Shown: positions 29,961 to 43,328, counted from the stretch's first letter. The stretch: 64,000 nucleotides of DNA from Octopus vulgaris (GCA_951406725.2 OX597828.1:38378001-38442000), one strand, 5' to 3'. The notes: generated from the sequence alone by a model not told the origin. Program-made: numbers and translations.

Positions 29961-30243
29961 CTCGTGATCACGTGACCGACCAGGCTATCTGATGTTGCTA
30001 TACATCGCTGGTCACAATGCGCTTCGCATTGTTTTAGCCTTTAATGACGCCACCCCGCTGGCTAAGCGAGCAGGCCAACAGAAGAAAGAGTGAGAGAAAG
30101 TTGTGGTGAAAGAGTACAGCAGGGATCACTACCACCCCTCGTGGAGATTTAGGTGTTTTCGCTCAATAAACACTCATAACGCCCGGTCTGGGAATCGAAA
30201 CCGCGAGTCCGCTTCTCTGACCACTGGGCCATTGCGCCTCCAC
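29961..30243 (-). mobile_element. SINE with 12-bp target-site duplication
   Basis: TSD gcgtcctaatat at 29949-29960 and 30244-30255; tRNA-like head. Confidence 0.8.
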
Positions 30244-30516
30244 GCGTCCTAATATAATAGAAAATAATATGACGTATTTTAATGTGTAAAAGGAACCCTA
30301 TTTTGTCAAAAGTTAGGTTAAAAATATGGGAGTTTCTTATACACGGATAGCATTATAATCCTTTACAAAACCTTTTTCCAAATGTTAAGCCCAAAAAATT
30401 AGGGGGTTCCTTATACACGTTTAAATACGGTAATATTATATAATATGATATGATATAATATAATATAATATGATATAATATAACAATAAAACATGTATAT
30501 GTGTTGTTTTCAACAG

Positions 30517-30639
30517 AAATCAGCCCACAGCAAATTGGTTATATCCCTGGTGGTACCAACAGTAATATTTTGGATTCTCACTTTGGTTAGGTCCGTCTTC
30601 AGGAAAACAGAATGGCCGTCGAAGAAACTTCTCTTCAGT
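30517..30639 (+). CDS. CHS: Chitin synthase exon (KSAHSKLVISLVVPTVIFWILTLVRSVFRKTEWPSKKLLFS)
   Basis: CAG/GTAAGT, phase 0-0; TM helix followed by an F...WP motif. Confidence 0.9.
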
Positions 30640-31230
30640 GTAAGTAAATTTGTCTATTTTGGAGTAGAGTAAAGTGAATATGTGTCAACCATGTCTTTCC
30701 CAAGATCATTTCTAGCATAAGTGAAATGCAATGGCTTCATCCCTGAATCGGAACCACGTTGCAGGTTTGACTTAGAGAAAACTGCACTACGACGTTCATT
30801 TTGTGTTACTTTTACTTGATACTGCATTTATAATGTTGTTATAATAGAGTGATTCAAGTGACCATCCCTGGGCTGAAAAATGCGACGAAGACAGTAAAGC
30901 TTTTCTTATTTGTTTTCACCACCAGATACTTCTTGAAGACATAGCGTTGAATATGTGAGACATTACTCAGAGTCTCACAGTACATATCTTATCAATTAGA
31001 AGACCAGGATAGGTAAAAACCCTTAGCCGCGTTTGACTTAAAAGGTGGCTCTTTACTGGTCGCTGGTTAGCCAAGTTCTTACTAGATGAACAGAGTTACT
31101 TGATGAAATGTTTTGTATGCAGCAATGTGTTATTAGGTAGTGAAGGTACTATTGTGATATGGAGGAACCACTCGATCTGGATTCACTTTTATTTAAATTA
31201 AACTTTTTGCTTCACATACATACATATATG

Positions 31231-31321
<91 letters not shown>

Positions 31322-31329
<8 letters not shown>

Positions 31330-31916
31330 ATTTGTTACATTTACTCAATAGTCAAGATAAAACTCTGAGTTTCAGACGCCGAAGTGGAAATCCACAACAT
31401 CATCTCTTCGGTTATCTGGTCATCAGATGGTCAGATAACCGAAGAGATGGTGTTGTGGATTTCCACTTCGGCATCTGAAACTCAAACTTTTATCTTGACT
31501 ATTGAGTAAATGTAACAAATTATTTTATAGATAAATTTCCTCTATTTACATAATATTGAGGTCTCTTTCTTTCTTTTGTTATCTTACTGTTTTTGCCTAT
31601 AAATTACCTCCCGGAGGACACTATTCTTCACTAAGAGCTAATACAGCTTTTTTGGATTATCGCCTAACATCGGTTGAGGACTTTTACACACAGAAGAATT
31701 TAATATGGACGCATATTACATAGATTATTCTATGAAAAATAGTTTTCAGATGGCCAGATAACCGAAGAGATGGTGTTGTGGATTTCCACTTCGGCATCTG
31801 AAACTCAGTTTTATCTTCACTATTGAGTAAATGTAACATATTATTTTATAGATAAATTTCCTCTATTTACATAATATTGAGTTATCTTTCTTTCTTTTGT
31901 CATCTTACCGTTTTTG

Positions 31917-31920
<4 letters not shown>
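31322..31920 (+). mobile_element. Non-autonomous Penelope pLTR/retrozyme-like element, family B (inverted + two direct repeats)
   Basis: 31322-31424 is the reverse complement of 31425-31530; 31425-31598 is repeated at 31748-31920; flanked by (TA)n. Confidence 0.75.
31756..31816 (+). ncRNA. Type I hammerhead-like ribozyme (variant core); further copies at 31433-31495 (+) and 31355-31417 (-)
   Basis: Stem I AGAUAA/UUAUCU, core CCGAAGA, stem II GAUG..CAUC(U), GAAA, short stem III, GUU cleavage triplet. Confidence 0.6.
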
Positions 31921-31958
<38 letters not shown>

Positions 31959-31992
31959 TGGATATACATATACATATATCTGTTTGTTTCAG

Positions 31993-32897
31993 GTGTTTCT
32001 GTTTGAATGTGTACAAATAACAGGCAAAGCATTGTTCCTCTTCCGTATTATTCCAACCCTAGGATTGTTTCGATCTTCTGTGTTGATTCTTGGAACTGGA
32101 CAGGTCCCTGCAGTAATGTTACTTCTTGAGCAGATCTTCGGAGCGAAATTTCAAAAGCTTTCCACGCGGTTCTTGGGCCTGATTTTCTACTCACTTGCTT
32201 GCTGCATCCAAATAGGTATCATACCAGTTTTCTACATTACCGATTTCTTTACTTGGACAACCGATCGAGACGAGAAGATATCGGAAACGGAAAACTGGAT
32301 TGTACCAATTGCTGTTGTGTTGACGTCGTTCACATGGTGGGAGAATTACGCCTTCTTTGACATTCAGTGCTGTAGATTGTCGATTCCATTAAAAAGGCTA
32401 CGGAATCGAATCGAGAAGACAAGGGAAGCAACTGATATCATCACGGTACCACTGAAAATGGTGCTTTTCTTTTGTTTATCTTTAGCACTTTCCCACCAAG
32501 ACATACGGAGTTTTCTACAAGACTGGAAAGATTCTTTAAGCACGGATTACATGCTTGTCCATTTACAGGGTTACGGTGTAATGTATGTGCATATCGTGTC
32601 AGGACTTATATGTTGCTATCTGGCCGGTATGGCTTGTAAACTTCACATGCAGAAAATCGGATTTTCTTTGCCGTTAATTCTCGTCACTCCTGTGTCGGTT
32701 GGCCTCAACATAGCTCAATGTACCAAAAAGATTGTTCCAGATAATTTGGTCACTGAAAAATGGGCTTGTTTTAAAATGGAAATCCCTGGAGAGATACTCA
32801 CACCGATTCTTATGATGGGTCTTCTGTTTGTCTCTATTATAATCATCACAAACCACATCTGGATGCCGAGTTCCGAAAGAATGTCACAAGTAAAGAA
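31993..32897 (+). CDS. CHS: Chitin synthase large TM-domain exon
   Basis: SFTWWENY, ACKLHMQKIGFSLPL, HIWMP motifs; CAG/GTAAGT, phase 0-2. Confidence 0.95.
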
Positions 32898-33074
32898 GTA
32901 AGTTATTTCTTTATATTAAACGCTATTGCATTATTGAGTGTATAAAAGGAAACACCACATACACACATTCACACACACACACGCTTACGTATTCAGGTAT
33001 ACACTCACACATACATACACACGCACAACAATCAACACACAATTTTATGTGTACATATATACATGCATATATAT

Positions 33075-33124
<50 letters not shown>

Positions 33125-33461
33125 GGCCCCACCTTCGGTCACGACACTGACCATGGGATTGCACCTAGAAAGTTACCCTCCTAGTCACAAGTCTGGGCAA
33201 GGTGGTTTATGGAAGACCAGCAGTCACCCATGCATACCGGCCTCCCCTCTCCACGCCACCAGTGTTATCCAAGGGAAAGGCAACGGCCGATACAGCTTGG
33301 CACCTGTGACGTCGCAACTCATTTCTACAGCTGAGTGAACTGGAGCAACATGAATTAAAGTGTCTTGCTCAAGAACACAACACGCAGCCCGGTCCGGGAT
33401 TCGAACTCACAACCTCACGATCGTAAGCCCGACGCTCTAACCACTGAGCCATGCGCCTTCA

Positions 33462-33546
<85 letters not shown>

Positions 33547-33555
33547 TATATATAT

Positions 33556-33611
<56 letters not shown>

Positions 33612-33924
33612 ACATATATATATATACGATCAACGATACGATCAACGGAACAGCTTGCTCGTGAAATTGACGTGCAAGTGACTGAGCAATCCACAGACAC
33701 GTATATCCTTAACATAGTTCTCAGGGAGATTCAGCGTGACACACAGTGTGACAAGGCTGGCTCTTTGAAAAATAGGTACAACTCATTTTTGCCAGATGAA
33801 TGGACTGGAGCAACGTGAAATAAAGTGTCTTGCTCAAGGACACAACGCGTCGCCGGCTGGAATTGAACTCACGAGCTTATGATCGTGAGCCAAATGCCCT
33901 AACCACTAAGCCAGGCGCCTTCAC

Positions 33925-33962
<38 letters not shown>

Positions 33963-34355
33963 TTATGTATGCGCACGCACAGCTAATTTTTTAGTTCTAT
34001 TTGCATCACCAAACCTCTCTGTGTACGTGTGTGTGTGTGTGTATGCGTGCGTGCATGCGTGTGTGCGTGCATGCGTATGTGCGCGCGTGCGTGCCAGTGT
34101 GTTTCTGTGTTTTGCACCCCACCACTTGACACCCGGTGTAGTTTCTTTTATGTCCCTCATGACTGCTTACACAACAAACTTTAAAACAAGTATTAGGAAT
34201 TTGAAGTCAGAACGCAAACACAGACGAAATACCGCTAAGCATTTCGCCCGTTGGGCTAAAACTGGAAATAATTTTGCTCTCTCAGCGTTTCATTCCCTTT
34301 GACCTCTTTGGGTTAATCTTCCTTGACATTTGACTTTTGATCTTTTCCTCGGCAG

Positions 34356-34559
34356 ATTATTTGTATTACCACACTATGAACCAATATTCCCCGATATGGG
34401 ATTGCTGCTACGACGCCGACAAGACGTAAAAGAGAAGTCGTTCCGAATCAAGAAGGAAGGTCTTGATGAGAACAACATGCGACCAAAGATCCTTATCTGC
34501 GCCACAACGTGGCACGAAACACGCCAAGAAATGCTACAGTTACAAAAATCTCTATTCAG
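34356..34559 (+). CDS. CHS: Chitin synthase exon (LFVLPHY...CATTWHET..KSLFR)
   Basis: Metazoan CHS CATMWHET-like motif; phase 2-2. Confidence 0.95.
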
Positions 34560-34665
34560 GTAATTCTTTTTTTTTTTTCCTTTTAACGTTTACTATTGTC
34601 GTCGCCGTCATCGTCGTCATTGTTATTGCTGTTGTTCTTGTTGTTCCATTTGTACTCCCTGTTTA

Positions 34666-35053
34666 TATATAGGAGCACTCCGTCTGTTACGATGATGAGG
34701 GTCCCAGCTGATACGATCAACGGAACAGCTTGCTCGTGGAATTAACGTGCAAGTGGCTGAGCATTCCACAGACACGTGTACCCTTAACGTAGTTCTCGGG
34801 GATATTCAGCGTGACACAGAGAGTGACAAGGCCGGCCCTTTGAAATACAGGTACAACAGAAACAGGAAGAAAGAGTGAGAGAAAGTTGTGGTGAAAGAGT
34901 ACAGCAGGGTTCACCACCACCCCCTGCCGGAGCCTCGTGGAGCTTTAGGTGTTTTCGCTCAATAAACACTCACAATGCCCGGTCTGGGAATCGAAACCGC
35001 GATCCTACGACCGCGAGTCCGCTGCCCTAACCACTGGGCCATTACGCCTCCAC
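34666..35053 (-). mobile_element. Full-length tRNA-derived SINE with TSD
   Basis: TSD actccctgttta at 34654-34665 and 35054-35065; A/B-box-like head. Confidence 0.9.
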
Positions 35054-35643
35054 ACTCCCTGTTTAATAATCGTTTGGCGCCACGTCCAAACGATGAACCA
35101 GAGTTGCTATAAGGAAGATGTCATTTGACTGACAGTTCTTTCCTTTAGTGTAAGCACAATTCCAAGCAGTTCGGTCATCTGGAATCCGGAATACAATTGA
35201 TGAAACTTTCCATTCTCTCCCGCATTAGCCATAAGTGCTCTTATGATCACGGATTAGTTTTTAATCTTGATATTCCACATTTTGTTGATTTTCATTTTCA
35301 GGTCTTTTGACTTAACCAGCTTCTCTGTGGCTTTTATGAAGGTGTTTCTTTCAGAGGATGGTGCAATGTTAATAAGTACGCACCTCTTTTCCCTTTGTCA
35401 GATTTGTTGGCTTTTATTTCTGTGTCAATAGGGATGGCCATATCCCAGTAGATAGAAACATCGTAGAAACAGCGTAGGAGTGACTGTGTGGTAAGTAGCT
35501 TGCTTACCAACCACATGGTTTTCCGGGTTCAGTCCAACTGCGTGGCACCTTGGGCAAGTGCCCTCTACTATAGCCTCGAGCCGACCAAAGCCTTGTGAGT
35601 GGATTTGGTAGACGGAAACTGAAAGAAGCCCGTCGTATATATG

Positions 35644-35715
<72 letters not shown>

Positions 35716-36159
35716 TGTGTTTGTCCCCCCGACATCGCTTGACAACCGATGCTGGTGTGTTTACGTCCCCGTAACTTAGCGGTTCGGCAAAAGAGACCGA
35801 TAGAATAAGTACTAGGCTTGTAGAATAAGTCCTGGCTGTCGATTTTGCTCGACTATAAAGGCGGTGCTCCAGCATGGCCGCAGTCAAATGACTGAAACAA
35901 GAGAAAAAAGGAAAAAGAAAAGAAAAAGATCATTGCTATCAGTGGTCCTTTTCGACAGATGTCCGCATCTCTTCTCCGTTGATTTTATAACTCCTGCATA
36001 TTTTCCAGTATAGTTATACCTGTGCATATATTCAGTCTTTGCTAGTTCCAGGCATCCAGAAACAATTTTGTCCATGCTGTCTACATTTTTCGACATATCC
36101 TTCATTCAGCAGAAACCATCTTAGTTTCCTATTTTGACACACACACACACACACACACG

Positions 36160-36190
<31 letters not shown>

Positions 36191-36215
36191 TGTATATCTA
36201 AGTTTACATTATCTA

Positions 36216-36496
36216 CAGTGGTTCCCAAACATTTTTGGTTCGGGCAGCCACCCACTTGACACCCAGACCACATTCCTAGCGCCCCCACCCCAACCAACCA
36301 TCCCAAACATAAACTTCTTTCTGAAGCAAATTCAAAGCAACTGTATTTCACAAATAAAACTTAATCTAATCAACCCATTATTTTATTGTTTTTACATGAA
36401 TCGCCAACCCATTATCGCCTCACTTTTCTTCAACACCCCCTTGGAATTTTCCACCGCCCTCAGGTGGGGCAATACCGCCCACTTTGGGAACCACTT
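36216..36496. mobile_element. hAT-like MITE
   Basis: TIRs CAGTGGTTCCCAAA / TTTGGGAACCACT. Confidence 0.7.
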
Positions 36497-36887
36497 TAGG
36501 TGTTTCTCTTTTTATATAAAACATCAAATTACAGTATGAAGGAGATTCGACTGTTATTTCTATCAGATCCAGTGATAGAAGTGAAGTGTTCTTGTCTGTT
36601 TGTGGTTTGATTTTCATGCTTGAACGCCACAGCATCCACACATGTCTCTGTAACAGCCAAAAAATTCATCATCATCATCATCATCATCATTATTATCATT
36701 ATAAAAGGCGGCAAGCTGGTAGAAACGTTGGCACGCCCGTCAAAATGCTTAGCGGCAGTTCTTCCTCAGTTAAAGCCAACTAATTTTCCTTTCTTCTTTG
36801 TCCAAAAAAAAAATACAGGTAATTTACCTCTTTAAATTCATCAAGAAATTTATTAATCAAAATATTGTTATCTTTAATTAATTGCAG

Positions 36888-36970
36888 GCTTGACTTGGAA
36901 CAGGTCACGAAAAAACTGGCCCAAAGTTACGTCACCAGTTACATTGATGTCAACAGCTACGAACTCGAAA
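36888..36970 (+). CDS. CHS: Chitin synthase exon (LDLEQVTKKLAQSYVTSYIDVNSYELE)
   Basis: CAG/GTAAGT, phase 2-1. Confidence 0.9.
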
Positions 36971-37290
36971 GTAAGTCGCGTATTTCTTCTTCTTTACTCT
37001 TTTACTCCTTTACTTGTGTCAGTCGACCAACTTTTGAACTGTAAATTTTGGTCCGAAAAATTCGACCTGTACGCTGGAAAATACAGTAAAACACAGGTGC
37101 AATCATATGCGGTGGGTAGGTTTTATCAACTCTACCGTCTACCCTAGAATTAATGGCCTGGTACCAATTTCAGAAACTTACATGATAAGCCTATTTTTTT
37201 TTAAATACGATTACAAAATTATTTATTAAATTATTAACTAAAATTCTATGATATTCTGTTGAAAATTTCCTGTTGTTTTCTATTCTCAAG

Positions 37291-37393
37291 TTCATGTCAT
37301 ATTTGATGATGCCTGGGAAACGGACAGCAACCACAATCGAGTGCCTAATGGCTATGTCAGAGAATTTGTAGATCTAATTCCAGAAGCCGCTGA
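37291..37393 (+). CDS. CHS: Chitin synthase exon (IHVIFDDAW..VPNGYVREFV)
   Basis: HxxFDDA motif; AAG/GTGAGT, phase 1-2. Confidence 0.92.
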
Positions 37394-37494
37394 GTGAGTA
37401 TCACAAACCCTCTAGATTATCTTTTATTATTATTATCATAAATATTATTATTATTATCATTATTATTATCATTATTATTATTATTATTATTACA

Positions 37495-37660
37495 AATTCT
37501 GTCTGGAAAGGTGTGAGCAACCTGGAAATCCATCTGGCAGACACCTTTTGCATATGCAAATGGTCATGAATGATAGTTTCCACAGACCCGGTACTAATTT
37601 TGACCTTATGGGCTATTTGGCGAATAATTATGCGTTGACCTTCCAAAATGGCAGCCTCAA
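37495..37660 (-). mobile_element. Mariner transposase fragment
   Basis: IRQIAHKVKISTGSVETIIHDHLHMQKVSARWISRLL (HTH + WVPR-like motif). Confidence 0.75.
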
Positions 37661-40487
37661 CGATCATCATCATCATTATTATCATTATAAAGGCGGCAAA
37701 CTGGTAGAAACGTTGGCACGCCCGTCAAAATGCTTAGCGGCAGTTCTCCCGACTTTAGGTTCTGGATTCACATTCCACCGGGGTTCACTTTGCCTCTCGT
37801 CGTTTTTAGGGTCAGTAAATTAAGTATCAGTCAAGCTCCAACTCCCCCAAAATTTCAGGTCATGTACCTATAAAAGAAAAAGAAAGGTTATTGGATTAAG
37901 CATGGCACATTAACGCCTCTGTTGATCAGAGTCGACTCTGCATCTGACCATGTATGTACAGTTCGAAGCTAAGAATTCTTGACAAAATACTGGCAGTTGT
38001 CCATGCATTCCAGTTTCTCTTCTCTGCATATGCCACCGGCGTTTATTCAAGGGAAGGGGCGGTTCATACATTTCCTATGAACCCTAAGGACTTAAATGAG
38101 AGGAGAATGTATTCACTTGCAGCTTACATAGGATGTACGCGGCGTACGAACTTCTCAACACAAATGGCTCTTTTGTGGTGGTTCCAACTGCAAGAAATAG
38201 CTGCCAAATCCTCACCAAATTTTACCCGGCCATCTCCAAAAATGGAAGGACAATTAAATAATGTAGTTCCTGGTAAATCAAGCCTTAAAAATATTAAAAA
38301 CAATAAAGTATGACCACAGCTGAAAAATAAGGAATAGTCAGAACAAGGCCTCATCATTGATCTACTTGATCAGGATTAGTCTAGGGTTAAAAAAAAATAG
38401 CAACCACAACATTCTTCTAGATTACCCAACACAAGCAAATAATTTTTGAAGCTCTTGTAGTGAGGGTGAATAATTTGCAGAAAGTTTGCGTTCCAGAACT
38501 TCTCTAGAGTGTATTTACGTATGAGTCGCATACTCAAAAGCAAACTCACGAATTCTCATTGTTTGTGATATGTCAGTTGTTTCCATAAATACATCTTTTA
38601 ATGTTTTGGAAGTGTTACATCGCGTATCCTGTACAGTACGTGAAATATTTATTGGTTTCTGTCTCAAGCTAATCCCTAAGTGAAGTCCAAGTAAAAACAG
38701 TAGCAAAGGAAAAAAAAAGATCGAAATATAATCAACAGGTCTCGCTTCAGCAGGTCCGCAAACAGGTCCAACTTAATCAACAAAATAATTTATAACAGAA
38801 AGTTTATTATTTTTCAAGTCGCTAACACGTGTCCAGTTATCGGCAGAGACATCATTACGTTGTCAAATATATCACCATCACCACGTAACTCATTTTCACA
38901 ACCAGATCCAACACAACTATACATGCGCATACCTACATTAGCAACATCATTTCCACATGTATCCTATTCGTTATCTAAATCGATACCTGAATCATAAAAA
39001 TAGGTCAATTCAAAGTCACTTCCACGACCCAGATTGTTACTGTTATCGTCAGGTTACTCTCCATTGAATGAAGGACGCCATCTTCAAACAGAACGACGCG
39101 TATCACTTGGCATCGCCATGTTGTTTTTGAACATTTAATTCTATAAATATACTATTCGAAATATGTCATAATAGCATGCAAATCACGGGAATTCTGCGGG
39201 AATGTATACAGTGGAACCTTCTATTGATGTTTCGGCACATTAAAATTCAATATTCAATGATCTGTCAATAGGAGAATACTTTACATTGAGCCACGACAAA
39301 ATGACAAAATGTCTCTCTCTGTGTGACTGGCGACCGAATATGTCGCCAGCTGCACGCATGTGATCCGATGTTGCTGTCTTAGTTTTGTTGTCTATGTTTT
39401 TTTTATAAATCAAATTTTCTTAGTTTTTTTATGTTTTAGTTTAATCTTTTTTCTTAATAAACTCCAAACATTCTGCGTTAACTAGAACAAGATACGATAA
39501 GATAGGTAAAAGATAAAAACATTTACAATATCTGACATTTGGTACAAGGCCTTAACCGTTTGGCAGATGAATCTAATAGGTAGAGATGTGTGGTTAAAAA
39601 GTTTACAACGAAACAACACGGTTTCAAGTTCGATCCTACTACGTGAGGGTGTACAGTGAGCAAGTGTCTTCCGTCGTAGATTTAAGTTGACAAATTGCCT
39701 TATAAGTGAAATTTGGTAGGCGGAAAATGTGCCGGAACCCCGTCATATGTGTGTACGTTTCCCCGAGTTATATAAACTGATAAGGGCTCATTTCCTGGTT
39801 TCTGTGGCCTTTATATTCCCCAACATGGACAGGATGCTGGTTTGTTCCACGATAACTTGTTTTTGCCAGCTGAGTGGACTGGAGCAACGTGAAATGAAGT
39901 GTTTTGCTCAAGAACACAACGCATTGCCTGGTCCAGGAATCGAAACCACTATCTTATGATCATGTGTCCAACAACTTAACCACTAAGCCATACTTCTTTA
40001 CTGTATGTGTGAATATGTGTAAATGTGTGTGTGCATTTTTGTTTGACAGTCTATGGAGTTTTGTTCTCCACCACTTTCTTTTCCTTTTGCCTTTCAGGAC
40101 ATTACCTGAAGGTTAACAATATTGAAAATATTTGAATAAAAACAGCAGAGACAACGAGGCCATGTTTTCTAGGGTGTCTTTCTGTTATCTAAAAGTACAA
40201 TTTTCTATTTCTCTCGTGGTATAAACGAAATCTTGTGACTAAACCAGAAAAATACATAAATAATGATTTGAAACATTAACACAGGGCCACGAATATGTGT
40301 GGAAGGTGTGTGGTCGAGTAAATTGATCTCAGCACATGACTGGTACTAATTTTATTAACCTCGGGGCGAGGAAAGATAAAGTCGATAGAACACAACCCGT
40401 TAATGCATAGAGTCCTAAAAACAGGACAGTGAGAAAATTACACAACACTAAGTATTTATTAATCATCATTACTTTTGGTAGTATCCG

Positions 40488-42150
40488 GTGAGTTTGTCTA
40501 AAACAATTCGTCTAGAATACAATTGATCTAAATGCAATCTGTCTAAAACAATTTGTCTAAAACAGTATTAATCCAAAAACAATTTGACTAAAACACAATT
40601 TGACTAAAAAATAAAAATTGTTTCTTTTTTGTTGAATTCGTAGGAAGTGGAACGGAATATTTGTTTACTCATGCTATCGAGTATAAATAGTTGTTAGCGA
40701 TAATATGGAATAAAATTAGTTGTTTACTAATAGCAACTAGTTGTTTTCTTAAAAAATTCTTATCTGGAATTATTCACAGTGAAAAGACCCACAGCCAAAG
40801 ATGTCAGCTGAATTTGCTGAATCAGAAAAAAGGTCATAAGTGTTGGTTGATAATGGACATACATGCTATAAGAATGGTGGAAATGGTGGAAATGGTGAAC
40901 GTGTTTATTGGAAGTGCGAAAAATATCAAATAAAAAATATCGTGCTCGCATAATTACTGTAAAGCATAGGCTCTCAAAGCGGGCGCTACCGCCTCCGGAG
41001 GGTGTTGAGACGGTTCAGGCGGACACTGGTGCCTAAGGGAGCGGTAGGGTTGGTAGAGAAAAAGAAGGTGTTGGTAGGAAGCGAGAGGCTGTTAGTTTCA
41101 TTCCGGCCATGCAAGTATGAAAACTTGTCTGGTTTTCTTTCCTCCACTTAACAGGGCCGGGGCATTCATCAAATTTTTGCAACTTTAGAGTCAACAGGTT
41201 GCTATTAGGACAATATGGTGTCGCTTATATAGAATTATCAAAATTTGCTTGTGGTAAACACACATACACACTCATATAGGAGTGTTTTGATGGTTTGCAG
41301 AAGAAAGGAAAAGAAAGAAGAAAACAGTTTGAGCGGGAGGAAGGAGGCATGGCTTTTGTATCAGTGAGGTCAAACTTTCTTTTTGAATGACCTTTTAGGT
41401 GGGGGTGGGAAAGGAATTTTTGGTATTCACGTTTTTTTTAATTGGAAGGCCAGATGTTTTTGTTTTTTTTTCTCCAGGAAGAATTATAATTACATTTTAA
41501 GGCCTTGCTTTCTTTAATTCTTTTGTATTCATTCGTGTAAGGAATGAAATCTTCCAACGACCATAATCATACATTGGATGCCACTGAAATTGCGGCAAAA
41601 GAAACCGTTTCAAAAATGCGTCAACTGGCTAAGTTAACACAAGATGCATCCCATCCACGTGTATCTAGTGTTCTCGGTGGTTGCGATCAAGATGTTGCCT
41701 CCAAACTACCAAAAATGCAAAGTATTAAGAGAACCATGAGATCTATAAGGCAACAAACCCTTACTGGACCGGCCCTACCATCAATTTGCAGTGAAATAGT
41801 TTTCCCACCGAGTCTTTTAAAGGTGATCAATTTCTGCTTTATAACTCAGGACTAGTCGAAAAGCGTACTGCGGTATTAGCAACAAGGCGTAATTTACAGT
41901 GTTTATCATTAAGCAGTCACTGGTATGCAGACGACACATTTAAAACAGTTCCTTTGTTATTTCACCAGTTATATGCCCTACATAGATTAAAGGAGAAAGT
42001 TTCGCTGCTGCTCGTGTTCATCGAAAGGAAACGATTTTTATTTTTTAGTCAAATTGTGTTTTAGACAAATTGTTTCTAGATTAATACTGTTTTAGACAAA
42101 TTGCATTTAGATCATTTGTATTTTACACGAATTTTTTAAAACAAACTCGC
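40488..42150 (+). mobile_element. Mutator-like (MULE, FLYWCH) element, defective, with long sub-repeated TIRs
   Basis: ~140-bp TIRs built of ttgtctaaaacaat repeats; VYWKCEKY..RARI..HNH (FLYWCH) and WYADDTFKTVPLLFHQLYALH (MULE DDE); interrupted by an insertion at ~40960-41540. Confidence 0.85.
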
Positions 42151-42719
42151 TTAGACTCACTTTTGGCAAGGTGGTGGAGCGGTAACTAGAAAGAGCAGTC
42201 AAATCACCCTCACACCACACCTTATCGACTTAGAAGAGTTCTTTATATTAGTTAATGTGAAGGTGGATTCTCTACAAATTGGAAAAAAGTGTGATGGTTA
42301 CGTCACAGCTGGAATACTTTTGATCATAAACCTGCTCGATAGAAGGGATCAAAGAACAAGGAATCTAAATAACTATTTCTCTCGGCCTTCACTTCAGTTT
42401 CTTTCCTTGTACTTCCTACAAACCAAGCAATAACTCTACTTCCCCCACCTCTGTCTATCTCGTTTTCTCTCTCTTTCTCTCTCCCTCTCTCTCTTTCTCT
42501 CTCTCTCATATACATACACACCTTTTATGACAAAGTATAAGAGTCCGAAACGTTAGTCCTCACTTTTCGTAACTAAATTTATCGAACTTCCTTTGTGTCT
42601 CTCACCAACTCAGTCCATCGGCAAACGTCTTCAGTCCCGTATTTTCCGAACATGAAATATGGGAAAAACTGACTTCACTTCATTTTTCTTTTTTTTTTTT
42701 TTTCTTCTTTGTTTCGCAG

Positions 42720-42873
42720 GTCAGTTGCTAAAGGTTTTATCCGTCTGAATGATTTCAAAAAAGTGTCGACACCTTACGGGGGCAGATTGGAACTTGTAAT
42801 GCCAGGTGATACCCAAATGATTATTCATCTAAAGGATAAAGATAAAATCAGACACAAAAAGAGATGGTCACAG
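42720..42873 (+). CDS. CHS: Chitin synthase exon (TPYGGRL..HLKDKDKIRHKKRWSQ)
   Basis: Highly conserved CHS motifs; phase 2-0. Confidence 0.97.
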
Positions 42874-43328
42874 GTCAGTAAATATCTTTTGCTTATATTT
42901 AAGTGCGTCTGTAATGTGCGTTTTTTTTTAAATTTCCAACAATATATTTGGTGGTGGTGGTGGTGGTGGTGGTGGGTTTGGTGGTAGTGGTGATGGTGGT
43001 GGTGGTGGTAGTGGTGGTGGTGGTGGTGGTGGTGGTGGTGGTGGTGGTGATGGTGGTGGTGGTGGTAGTGGATATGGTGGTGGTGGTGGTGGTGGTGGTG
43101 GTGTCGTCTTCGTCCTCATCGTCGCCATCGTTTATACCCAAGTGTACCCTAACCGAACAAACCTATATTCAAGGGCTTTCATGGCATAAACTTAACATTT
43201 TTTCTTCAGCAATACTCCACTCCTGACTACATTAAGCAATATGTCCTTTTCGAAGATGCTAGAGTTTAATTCAAGGAAGGCTTAGCTAGCTGCAGCCTTG
43301 CGGGAGTTTCTGAATGACACATCTAACG

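Noticed and set aside
42928-43128. Poly-proline ORF (formin/extensin-like)
   Set aside because: (GGT)n intronic microsatellite on the antisense strand
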